A DNA stretch of 63,745 nt, counting the filler, from Octopus bimaculoides (lineage: Eukaryota): assembly GCF_001194135.2 (NCBI RefSeq). It is 5 parts of 4 records of this genome, joined end to end, with 100 filler letters (N's around TTAATTAATTAA, not from the genome) between each part and the next. Parts side by side here need not be neighbours in the genome. Positions count along the whole stretch, not along the records: positions 1 to 31,700 come from NC_068981.1; 4 more parts are not named here. One strand, given 5' to 3'. Below are positions 1-10,820 of this stretch, piece after piece. The notes under the pieces were generated by a model. The model searched no databases. It was not told where the DNA came from and saw nothing but the letters and a program-made list of their open reading frames with translations. The translations under genes and the position numbers were made by a program. The stretch's first letter is position 1, and each line of letters opens with the position of its first letter.

Positions 1-137
1 ATATATATATATATATATATAAGTTGTATTATATTGTCAACTTAATGTGACAATCCCAATAAGGGAATACACTACTGCTGTTTAGCCCTAGGAAGCTGGA
101 CCGCTTCCTGTCGGCCTTGACACAATTACTGTGTCCT

Positions 138-275
138 TAAGTTTGTGAAGGGGAGACAAGCTCCTCCACCCAGCCTAGCCAGCATTCAGGGACATGTTTC
201 TGAGTCTTTGCTCGTCATCAGCCTGAGGTAGCTTGCCAGCTGGATAGAGAGGCCTGTCTCTCCTTCACAAACTTA
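138..275. repeat. 24-bp inverted repeat pair (138-161 / 252-275) enclosing a hammerhead motif
   Basis: taagtttgtgaaggggagacaagc vs reverse complement of gcctgtctctccttcacaaactta (taagtttgtgaaggagagacaggc): 2 mismatches. Confidence 0.85.
186..226 (-). ncRNA. type I minimal hammerhead ribozyme motif
   Basis: Minus strand UCAGG-CUGAUGA-cGAGcaaagaCUCa-GAAA-CAUG-UC/CCUGA: canonical core, 5-bp perfect stem I, palindromic stem III, GUC triplet. Stem II has a C-A mismatch at its base. Confidence 0.75.
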
Positions 276-378
276 TGTAAATCATAGTGAAGTTCATTCA
301 CTGATCAGCAAAATTAGAAATATAATATTTCTAAATCTCAGAGAGATTTATTATATTTATAATATATATATATATATA

Positions 379-505
379 TTGATAGAAAAGACAACAAAAG
401 AAAGAAAGAGACCTCGATATTACGTAAACAGAGGAATTTATCTGTAAAAATATGTGACATTTATTCGGGTAGCCATGATAAAACTCTGAGTTTCGGATGC
501 CGGGG
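379..505 (-). mobile_element. 3' half of a hammerhead-bearing Penelope pLTR-like repeat (copy 1)
   Basis: Reverse complement matches 59369-59503 over about 125 nt and 831-885 over about 55 nt (ccccggcatccgaaact...tcatggctaccgaata). Confidence 0.75.
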
Positions 506-699
506 CCTGTGCCTAGTTGGATTTACCGAAGTATTCCGCAATCTACTAGTTTAGAGTTTTTCATTGCACGATGAATGGAACACTGCTCTACGTTAGTGGA
601 TGGATGGATGGATAGCACTAAGGTGAGCAGCTTTCTTTGAGTGTTTTGGTGAATATTTCTTAGCGTCTCTTATAATATATCAGCAATGGAGCCTAGTGT

Positions 700-777
700 T
701 CTCTGGCTTGCCAGCTCCTCAAACCGTACAGCCCATACCATCATGGAAGTCGGACGTAAAACGATAGTGACGATGAT
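700..777 (+). mobile_element. RTE-type LINE 3' end with degenerate (GAT)n tail
   Basis: cccataccatcatggaagtcggacgtaaaacgatagtgacgatgat resembles the RTE 3' end at 31885-31935 and the reverse complement at 59504. Confidence 0.55.
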
Positions 778-813
778 ATCTCTTCAGTTATCTGGCCAGA
801 TAACTGAAGAGAT
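778..813. repeat. perfect 36-bp palindrome
   Basis: atctcttcagttatctgg|ccagataactgaagagat. Confidence 0.95.
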
Positions 814-860
814 GCCGCGTGGGTCCCTCCACCCCGGCATCCGAAACTCGGAGTCTTATC
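799..860 (+). ncRNA. type I hammerhead ribozyme motif (copy 2 of the pLTR-like family)
   Basis: GAUAA-CUGAAGA-GAUGCCG...CGGCAUC-c-GAAA-CUCGGAG-UC/UUAUC: 5-bp stem I, 7-bp stem II with one extra C, near-palindromic stem III, GUC triplet. Confidence 0.7.
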
Positions 861-1866
861 ATGGCTACCGAATAGGTGTCATATATATATATACATATGC
901 TTATATTTATACATATAAATTCATCATTTTCATCTGAAAGTTTCCACCTTTCGCTACGTCCAGTTTTGCATGTATACATATATACATGGTTTTCATTTTA
1001 TGTACTTAGTATATTTAATATATTTGAAGTGTCTAATTCCCTTTTAGTAGGAGAGAATGAGTAAATATTAGATTAAGTAATTAGATAATACAGTTGAAAA
1101 TAATATCCCTTATTAAATATAATTCCGTTTCCTTGTATGATGAAATGTTTCCAGGATCCACATAAAGTTAGCAATAAATTAACTTTCCAGATAAAGGTTA
1201 TTCTAGAGACTTTATTACATTTCTTGCAACATTTGATTGAGGAAAGTATTTCCTAACAATCCCTGTTTTCATTTTCTGCATTACCTAGTAACAAACATTC
1301 ACAAATGAATTGCGAAATAGGCTAGACGTTTCAGTTTATTGTCTTACCGCAGCCATTATAATTTACTGGGTGAATAACAACACTACATGATAATTATGTC
1401 GTAACATTAACAGATAGTGCTATAACGTCATGCACATGCAATAAAAATTAAACGATAATGTAGGAAAAACTGATAATTATTAAATGAAAAATAACAGAGA
1501 TTTTTTTTCATTATCTCTTAAACGTATTCGAAGCGGTAACCGAAAAGAAAGCGCTCGATGTTTTATGACTACATTACATTTTGCACAGGAAATTATATAT
1601 ATTATTCATTCATTCAGTAAGCATTAAACTAATCGGGAAACAACATGATATATTAATCTTTACTTTATTTCGTAGAAGGATACTAATGAATTTCGGTATG
1701 CTGACTGCACAACAACAGTAATGAGAGAATGTCCGTCTTTATTTCACTGTTGTTGCTGCAAATCTGTCAACGTTCTTTTCTCTATGTTATTAACCTGTTT
1801 ACACTTTCTGTAATCTATCTTCACGACACAGTCATATGTGTATGTGAGTATGTGTGTGTGCGTATG

Positions 1867-1869
<3 letters not shown>

Positions 1870-1939
<70 letters not shown>

Positions 1940-2037
1940 TTCTACACTCGTACAAATGTACAGGGCATATGCATTCACCTCAAAACAAACAAGCGCCCAA
2001 CAGAATACCGATGTAGCTAACAATACAATTTACCTTG

Positions 2038-2110
<73 letters not shown>
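1870..2110. repeat. compound (CT)n(GT)n and (AT)n(AG)n microsatellites
   Basis: Direct inspection. Confidence 0.95.
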
Positions 2111-2115
<5 letters not shown>

Positions 2116-2623
2116 GTCAAAATGTTTGTTGGAGGAATTTTCTCCCCATGGGGGGAATTAGTAAAATATATAAATAGAAAGAAAAAGCGCAGAATGTATA
2201 TACTTTAGAGCTTTTATGAGATAAAATAATTACATAGTCAATGGATTGTGCAATTGCTAATCAAGGCTAAGCAATTAGTGAAAATATTACATTCTCATGA
2301 TATCATAAGGAGTTTTTAGTCCATGTTAGTAGCAGGAATGTTTTTTCTTTAGCGAATCAGTAGCTAAACAAATATAATAGGAGATAATTATTAAACTATA
2401 ATTAATTACCTCCCGTTAGATTGCTATAGCTACTGGTTCATTTAAGAAATAATTTTCCTGCTATTAACAATGACTAAAAACTTCTTATGATACCATAACA
2501 TTGTAATATTTTCACTAATTTCTTTAGTCATGATTAATAAAAGCGAAACCAGTTTACCATGTAAATATTTTATCTCATATGAAAATATAGAGATTCCGTC
2601 CATTTTCCTTCTTATATATTTTA

Positions 2624-2658
<35 letters not shown>

Positions 2659-2949
2659 CAGTTGGATGTGAATGTGAATACGTGTATGCATGTATATATA
2701 TCTTGAAGGACATCCAGGTGACAGTTGAGAATGTCAGTTATTGCATATGGTTGAAAAGGACTGATCGAACCTGGTGAAGAGTTGATGATCCCCGAAATGG
2801 ACCTCACTTTGAATTCTATTCAGTTGAGTCAGTAGTTGGGGCCCTCACATCAGTGAGGGGGCCGTAAGCAGTAAAGCCATCGAGAATCAGGCCCCGAAAC
2901 GGTGCACATTCTCTACAAATATACTGACATCCAGTATGCGGAGTTTTCG

Positions 2950-3470
2950 AATAACCTGGGAATATCCCTCTGTTATGGAATACTTTCATAAACACCAACT
3001 CAAGGAATACTAGTGGAATATTCCCATAAAAACTTCTGTCAAATGTAAACATAAAAGGTCAGATATTGTTGTATGGGACAGAGGAGCAAAGGTATGTACG
3101 ATCATAGAGGTCAGCTGCCCTCCAGATATAAAATGAGGATATAAAAACAGGATATCTATGGACAACTGCTTTGAAACCTTCAGCTTCTATACCCAGACTA
3201 TGAATTCATATGCATACCAATAATAATTGGAGCACTTGGTTTTGTTAGTAAATGCTTAAAGGAGAATCTGGATAAACTGGGATTTTCAGAAAGAGAAACT
3301 GACTGGCAAATTCGTACATTAAAAGTGCAAACTGTGAGTGGAACAGAAAAATATGCAAGACTTTTCTCAAGTTGCAAATGTGAATTTGACTGTGTTACCT
3401 ACATCCCAAAGATGGAGTCTTGTATCTTTGTTGGAAACCGGTACTTTGCTCAGTGGAAGATTAATAATAA
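2950..3470 (+). mobile_element. 5'-truncated, decayed R4-like non-LTR retrotransposon (REL endonuclease C-terminus)
   Basis: Translation KEY*WNIPIKTSVKCKHKRSDIVVWDRGAKVCTIIEVSCPPDI...IIGALGFVSKCLKENLDKLGFSERE...ICKTFLKLQM* (stop 3381-3383) fits the PD-(D/E) REL motif. Ends in taataataa. Confidence 0.8.
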
Positions 3471-4244
3471 TTAAAAAAAAAATAGAAGAGACATAATACA
3501 TACATACATACATACATACATAAAACGTATTTGAAAATTAATATTTCATACTTACATGTATGTATTGTTTACATAAATACGGAGGATTCTGAAGTATGAA
3601 ATAGTATAAGATTTTTAAAAATTAATTATCGTCGACAAAGCAATGAAAAGATGACTAGAAACACAAAATTTGGTGAGGCTGCAAGAAGGAAAACTGGATA
3701 TTTGAGGAAGCAAATATAACACAGTTACGAAAATAGAGGGTTTCCCAGCGTCCAAATATAGCGAAAGAAATGATATAGTAAAGACTTTAAAATACAGATT
3801 TATTGAGTTCACACTGCTCAAGACAAAAGCAACATTTTAGATCCCATTAAAGTTTATGGTGGGAAAGCTCCGAAAACACTTCAATCTGCTATATTTATTA
3901 TTCGATAATAGCCAACGAATTACGTATTTGGACACATACCAGCAATGAGTAGACAAATTGTGTTTTTAATTCACAAGTAATTCTTTCTAAGACGAAAAAA
4001 AGAACATTTATGAATTTCTCGCTCAAGCAGATTGGACATCTCGCAGAATTACGTGGTAGCCGCGCTTTGACGGACTAGCGCTTTCTATATCGCAAGTATA
4101 TATACTCTTAGCGTCTTGCTGGTAATTAACATCATGATTTAAAGTCAACCCCTACCCAGCCTCTTTTTATAGGCAGTTACATGTATCCAATTTGACTACT
4201 CCTACTGTTTTATTTCCTCTTTGAGAAAAAGGGATACATATGAT

Positions 4245-4650
4245 AATATTTATGACCATACCTAACCATGAGCTGTCAACTGACTCTTGCCTCTTATTCA
4301 AAACAAACACACTCTTCTAGTCTTAGATCTAGTGGCTGATAAAGAGATAAATGAATTATAAACGAATTACAATGTCTTACAGTATTATGACCCCAATAGG
4401 CTTCAAGCAATTCTTGGAAGTCTATTCTTAGCTACTATAGCGACAACGTGAATTTCTTCCATCATCTTGTTCTCTTAAAATACTTGAGAAAAATTATATA
4501 TGTCCTACTTGTTAAAATTCTATTTATTTATTTGGGCAGCTGAAGATGGCACTACATTTAAATTGATCTAATGCTTGCATTGTTCAATTAAATGGAGCCG
4601 CTTGAAACGCTAGTACTGCAACACAACTTGATATCCAGTTGCTTATTTTG
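4245..4650 (+). mobile_element. about 400-bp hammerhead-bearing dispersed repeat, copy 1
   Basis: Colinear with 5929-6332 (aatatttatgaccatac...gctgtcaact...ctagtcttagat...tcaattaaatggagccgcttga...gttgcttatttt). Confidence 0.8.
4536..4619 (+). ncRNA. type I hammerhead ribozyme motif
   Basis: GCAG-CUGAAGA-long stem II (cauuuaaauuga/ucaauuaaaug)-GAAA-CGCUAG-UA/CUGC; stem I perfect. Confidence 0.6.
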
Positions 4651-5179
4651 ATTATACACACATATATATATATATATATATATATTTATTTGTATGTTTA
4701 TTTATATATATATGTGTGTATGTATGTATACCCGAATATTCAGATGAATATTTCTGCCTTAAGTAACTTTTAAATAGGTTTTACATCAACCCATACACAT
4801 CTTTTGCCAGGTGCTTGTGTGAATTGGCAAGGCAATTTCACACAATGTACGTTTACTTTAGCCAATCAGTTAAAATTGAAGGTACCTTTATTTGGATCTT
4901 TGTATTTGAAATACTACCTCAGAAACCATTTTAGCTTTAAATTTGTTTAGACAAGAGGCAGTGTTATAGAATACAAAGCTATGTTCGAGTACGTTTCGAT
5001 AAAGAAATTATGTTACTTATTTCGCCCTTGTGGAGATCCGAGAGACTAGATTAAGAACGTTACTGTATAATTTGTTACATTTAAGTTAATTGTTGGAATA
5101 AATAAATGAAAAACAGTTTCTTCGTTCGCGTTCTCGTTATATTTATAGAGCTCGCAAATCTGAATTGCTACTTTTTTTT

Positions 5180-5365
5180 TAAGAGGTTAAGACGTCACAA
5201 GTGCCAAGCTGTATCGGCCTTTGCTTTTTCCTTGGATAACACTGGTGGCGTGGAGAGGGGAGGCCGGTATGCATGGGCGACTGCTGGTCTTCCATAAACA
5301 ACATTGCCGGACTAGGTGCAATCCTAGGTGCAATCCCATGGATAGTCATGACCGAAGGGGTCTCC
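5180..5365 (+). mobile_element. SINE-like fragment
   Basis: GC-richer island (tgcatgggcgactgctggtcttccataaacaac...tcatgaccgaaggggtc) resembling a cephalopod SINE 3' part, ending at (AT)n; recognised from memory. Confidence 0.45.
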
Positions 5366-5366
5366 G

Positions 5367-5405
<39 letters not shown>

Positions 5406-5928
5406 AATCATAAATATATAGGGATTGACAGTAACCTGCTTCTCCTGCTTCTGAAGATCAGAATAGAGTATTATGTACTCTTAACTGTGAAACAATTGTA
5501 CNNNNNNNNNNNNNNNNNNNNNNNNNNNNNNNNNNNNNNNNNNNNNNNNNNNNNNNNNNNNNNNNNNNNNNNNNNNNNNNNNNNNNNNNNNNNNNNNNNN
5601 NNNNNNNNNNNNNNNNNNNNNNNNNNNNNNNNNNNNNNNNNNNNNNNNNNNNNNNNNNNNNNNNNNNNNNNNNNNNNNNNNNNNNNNNNNNNNNNNNNNN
5701 NNNNNNNNNNNNNNNNNNNNNNNNNNNNNNNNNNNNNNNNNNNNNNNNNNNNNNNNNNNNNNNNNNNNNNNNNNNNNNNNNNNNNNNNNNNNNNNNNNNN
5801 NNNNNNNNNNNNNNNNNNNNNNNNNNNNNNNNNNNNNNNNNNNNNNNNNNNNNNNNNNNNNNNNNNNNNNNNNNNNNNNNNNNNATATATATATATATAT
5901 ATATATATACTAATCCTAAAATCTTGAC

Positions 5929-6332
5929 AATATTTATGACCATACTATGTGCTGTCAACTCACTCCTGCCTTCCATTCTAAACAGACACAACCCTCTAGT
6001 CTTAGATTTGGTAGTTAATAATAACACTAATTAATTAAAAATGAACGACAATCTTTTACAAGCTTTAACCTCAACACACTTCATACAGATCTTAGCAGTG
6101 TAGTATATTCTTAGCTACGTTTGTTGCAGGATAGACTCTTTACCGTATTCTTGTTCTATTAGAGTATTTGAGTAAAATTATATTGTGTCCAAGTAATTAA
6201 GAAATTCTATTTATTTATGCAGCTGAGGATATCCCTGCATTTAAATTGATATCATGATTGCAGTGTTCAATTAAATGGAGCCGCTTGATACGGTCGTACT
6301 GCATCAAATCTTGATATTCTGTTGCTTATTTT
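5929..6332 (+). mobile_element. about 400-bp hammerhead-bearing dispersed repeat, copy 2
   Basis: Homologous to 4245-4650. The motif at 6217-6304 is AUGCAG-CUGAGGA...GAUA-CGGUCG-UA/CUGCAU (GAAA mutated to GAUA). Confidence 0.8.
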
Positions 6333-7373
6333 AATTTTCCTTTTATTTTGAGTTGTACGAATAATACCGCAATGATCTGGTGCTTCAACTTAAGTAATTC
6401 AACTGAATCTCAGTTATATCTTAACTCGTTAACCAAACTTATATATATGTGCGTGTGTGGGTGTGTGTGTGTGTATGCATGAATATGAATATACACGTAT
6501 GTATGCGTGTATGTATGTATATATATATATATGTATATATATNNNNNNNNNNNNNNNNNNNNNNNNNNNNNNNNNNNNNNNNNNNNNNNNNNNNNNNNNN
6601 NNNNNNNNNNNNNNNNNNNNNNNNNNNNNNNNNNNNNNNNNNNNNNNNNNNNNNNNNNNNNNNNNNNNNNNNNNNNNNNNNNNNNNNNNNNNNNNNNNNN
6701 NNNNNNNNNNNNNNNNNNNNNNNNNNNNNNNNNNNNNNNNNNNNNNNNNNNNNNNNNNNNNNNNNNNNNNNNNNNNNNNNNNNNNNNNNNNNNNNNNNNN
6801 NNNNNNNNNNNNNNNNNNNNNNNNNNNNNNNNNNNNNNNNNNNNNNNNNNNNNNNNNNNNNNNNNNNNNNNNNNNNNNNNNNNNNNNNNNNNNNNNNNNN
6901 NNNNNNNNNNNNNNNNNNNNNNNNNNNNNNNNNNNNNNNNNNNNNNNNNNNNNNNNNNNNNNNNNNNNNNNNNNNNNNNNNNNNNNNNNNNNNNNNNNNN
7001 NNNNNNNNNNNNNNNNNNNNNNNNNNNNNNNNNNNNNNNNNNNNNNNNNNNNNNNNNNNNNNNNNNNNNNNNNNNNNNNNNNNNNNNNNNNNNNNNNNNN
7101 NNNNNNNNNNNNNNNNNNNNNNNNNNNNNNNNNNNNNNNNNNNNNNNNNNNNNNNNNNNNNNNNNNNNNNNNNNNNNNNNNNNNNNNNNNNNNNNNNNNN
7201 NNNNNNNNNNNNNNNNNNNNNNNNNNNNNNNNNNNNNNNNNNNNNNNNNNNNNNNNNNNNNNNNNNNNNNNNNNNNNNNNNNNNNNNNNNNNNNNNNNNN
7301 NNNNNNNNNNNNNNNNNNNNNNNNNNNNNNNNNNNNNNNNNNNNNNNNNNNNNNNNNNNNNNTATATATATTT

Positions 7374-7411
<38 letters not shown>

Positions 7412-10001
7412 TGTTTTGTTTCGCTTTATATATATTTCGGAAGATTTTAATCTTGTGCCACGATCGATATTCCTTTTTACTTCAGCTTTGAATTGATCCC
7501 TTTTCAGTGAAAGTTTAAGTGTTTTCTTTTCTGCTTCTGTTTTTTTTCTGATCAGTTTAGTTGGCTATCACTTGTTTAGCAACTTTGCTTTACCAACACG
7601 GAACTATTTACCTTACTTTCCTTTTAATTTTGAATTTTCTAACATTTCCTCAGTACGTACTGATATATATACACCATATTGTTGTTATTTATATAAAATT
7701 CTTCTCTATATATTGCTGTTTTATGTACGAAGGACCGACAGTGATATATGTGAAAGATTTTGGAATTTCGTAAAGTCCCTTTGCGCTATAATATCGAATC
7801 CTACCAAGACAAATTTGCATTTCATTCTCTCGCATAACAGTTAAGCCCTGGAGTCCATTTGATCGATCTTCACCAACCCAAAATTTGTATCGTGTTATTC
7901 TTAATTTAAAAATCAATATGTTCTAATATTCTAGACGAATTTATGATTCATTGGTTTTGATTGTTTGTATAATGGCACTTCTCTTTTGTTCTGGTTGTTT
8001 GTCTTTATTTCCATGCTGATAATACCCTTTATCAATTAAAATGGTCTGCTGATAGATATTTATTTTTCCCATGTATGAGCATCTGTGTTTTCATGTGTGT
8101 GCGCGTGTGCGTGTGCGTGTCTGTATGTGTGTGTGAGTGTATGTGTACGTATGAGTGATTCTCTATGTATACATTCACATTGTGTGTGTGCGTGAACACC
8201 AATGTGCATATGGTAAATGACTGATGCGTGTTATCTCTTGTTACGTAATCTACTTTATTGATATTACTAGGAAGGATATATTGAAGCCCACTTAACTCAT
8301 TAATGAAGCAGTAGAGACTCGCAATAACATCCATTAATATTTGTTATGCCTATGATATAGACAGTTTCCCGGCCTTTATATTCTGGACCCAAGGTCAGTG
8401 ATAGCTGGAGGGGAGAGTTCGCTGCAGCAGTCCTGAAAGGGTACTCATTTCTTGATGTAGAACATGGGATTGAAATTAAATAAATGCAATATCTAACAAA
8501 ACCTCGCTACCTCAGGAGTCGAACCAACAATCCCATGTCCTAATATCTGAGTCACTAACCTTCGCACATTTGTTATTATAAGTATTATTTCAAAGCACAT
8601 GTAATAATGAATTTATTGCAACTATATTCATTATATTCTCGAATGAAAAGAAGTTTGCTTTTGAATTTCAGAATTTAATCAATTATATATTATTTGTTGA
8701 TGTTTTTCTTTTTTTTAACAATGGAGTTCCATATGAAACATGTTGAAAATATTTTCGCCGATAGTTTCTTTTCTATTTTATTAAGCCTGCTATATTTTAC
8801 ATGATGTTTGTCTCCAAATCGCTCTCTGAGCTTTCTGTCTATTCCAAAATGTATATGAACTGACGAGTAGCAATGTGCGTTACATATTCAGTATTCACAT
8901 TTACATTGCAGTCAACTAATCAATTCATCGTTTTGGAACCAAACCTCAACTGAAATGAGAATAATACATAAATCTATTGTTACTATATTTTCACTGAACT
9001 CGCTTGATTCAAACAGAAATTTATATTACTGAGGCACATAATGCAAACAATGCAATGTCTCCTATCAAATAAATATCTTCGTCTAGCCAAGATCTATCTA
9101 TCGTCTACGCTGTTGAAATGGTTTCGTATCTAAAAGAAATGATATTAATGTAGCTTATAGACTGTTTGTCTTCGGCATGGTACTAAATGATGATATGTCT
9201 ATTACAGCATTAGACATTTAATGTCCCCAACAATGAACATCAGCTTAATAGAAACTTAATGCGTTTCTTCTATTGTCATTGAACATAAGTTTCTAAATTC
9301 TGGCAGCGATATAGCGATATCTTGCGATAACAAAGTTATTTATTTTATTTTTTTATTCATTTTGTGAATGGTATTGATATCGAAAAGAGAATATTCGATT
9401 ATGGTTCATGTCGCCATTTTTTTCATTTTGCTGATGTTTATCGTTTTAATTATGGCCTATTCAAAACTCTCCATATATCATGCATTAATGTCACACCGCT
9501 GTAACTGAAGAAAATTTTGAAAACTTAATATTTAAAAATATAATACATTATATTTACTAAATTATACATTATTATAACAAAATTCGATGCAATCTTTGAA
9601 ATACATGTCTTTTTTATTCTATAAATTATTTGAATCTAAATTATGATATTCGCTTACATATCTGCGCGTATTCAGAGATACATTTTGTATTTTTATGAAT
9701 ATAGACTTAATTTAAAACTGACAATTATTAACATATTATAATGACATGTATATATATATATATATTATTTAAAATTCTGATGTCATACAATATTGGTAGT
9801 ATAAATGAGTGTTGATTTCGACTAATGATCGCTTATCATAATTGTTGATAAACGAAAATTCGGTGGGACAAACGGAAGAAGGTGCCTGAATACATGATTA
9901 ACGCTCACTAGTTTTGAGCAGTACGTGATGCGATATCATATCTTGCAAAGATAAGCTTTCCATTTGTCCTATTTAGTCGAAATAAATTTTGGATATTGTA
10001 G

Positions 10002-10049
10002 TCTTGCTGAATCTATTGAAGAAGTATTTAGCTTGAACAATTGCATTGG
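10002..10049 (+). CDS. candidate 48-nt internal exon (phase 2-2), xLAESIEEVFSLNNCIG
   Basis: gatattgtag|...TTGG|gtgagt; length is a multiple of 3; only one frame is open. The acceptor is modest and no partner exon was identified. Confidence 0.35.
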
Positions 10050-10779
10050 GTGAGTACCTGAATTACCTACCGAGGTTTTGCAGCAATGATGAATTTTTAT
10101 TTTTCTTCATCGCTTAGTAATGTACCATGCCAATAATTATTGATTGAAGCTTTTCTTTTGGTGGGTAAAAGGTAACTATAATCTAGCATTTATTAATAAC
10201 GACTCTCAAGCAAAAAAGAGGACGTAATTTCATATCACTAAGGATTTATTTATTTGATAACATATATTTACTAAGTTCTAATCTCTGTTTACTAGGAAAT
10301 AATCTGATACGACATTGTTTGCTCTTAAACTGTTGGATCACCAGTCGAAGTGTTCAACAAACGGTCAAAATTATGATATTCGGGGAACCGATTTAGATTC
10401 AAACCAGGTGTTGGGAGATTCATGAGACATCACTGAAGATATCATTCAAACTACAGCTTCTAGCAGCAAAGAGTGATGGATTTAGTAGCACAGTTTGATC
10501 TGGAGAACATGAGCCGTTTGCTTTGTAGGAAATATAGCACAGATTTGAGGAGCACATTTATCTAAGATGAAAAACACAACGTCACCCACTAGATATTGTC
10601 TGCAGGGTGCTTCTGAAATATCGCTTGAAATGTAAGTCAATACAACTCACTGTTGACACTATAGGAGCGATACATATCATACGACAATACGTGTCGGTTA
10701 GGCAGTTATTGATGCTCGAGTCGACTAATAAGAGTACATCTGTGAGTGTTGTAACTACCTAAAACTGGCNNNNNNNNNN

Positions 10780-10820
<41 letters not shown>

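Noticed and set aside
2836-2905. ggggcc...ggcccc-GAAA hairpin before the R4 relic
   Set aside because: The upstream core (tcagtga) does not match CUGANGA, and there is no valid NUH/stem I.
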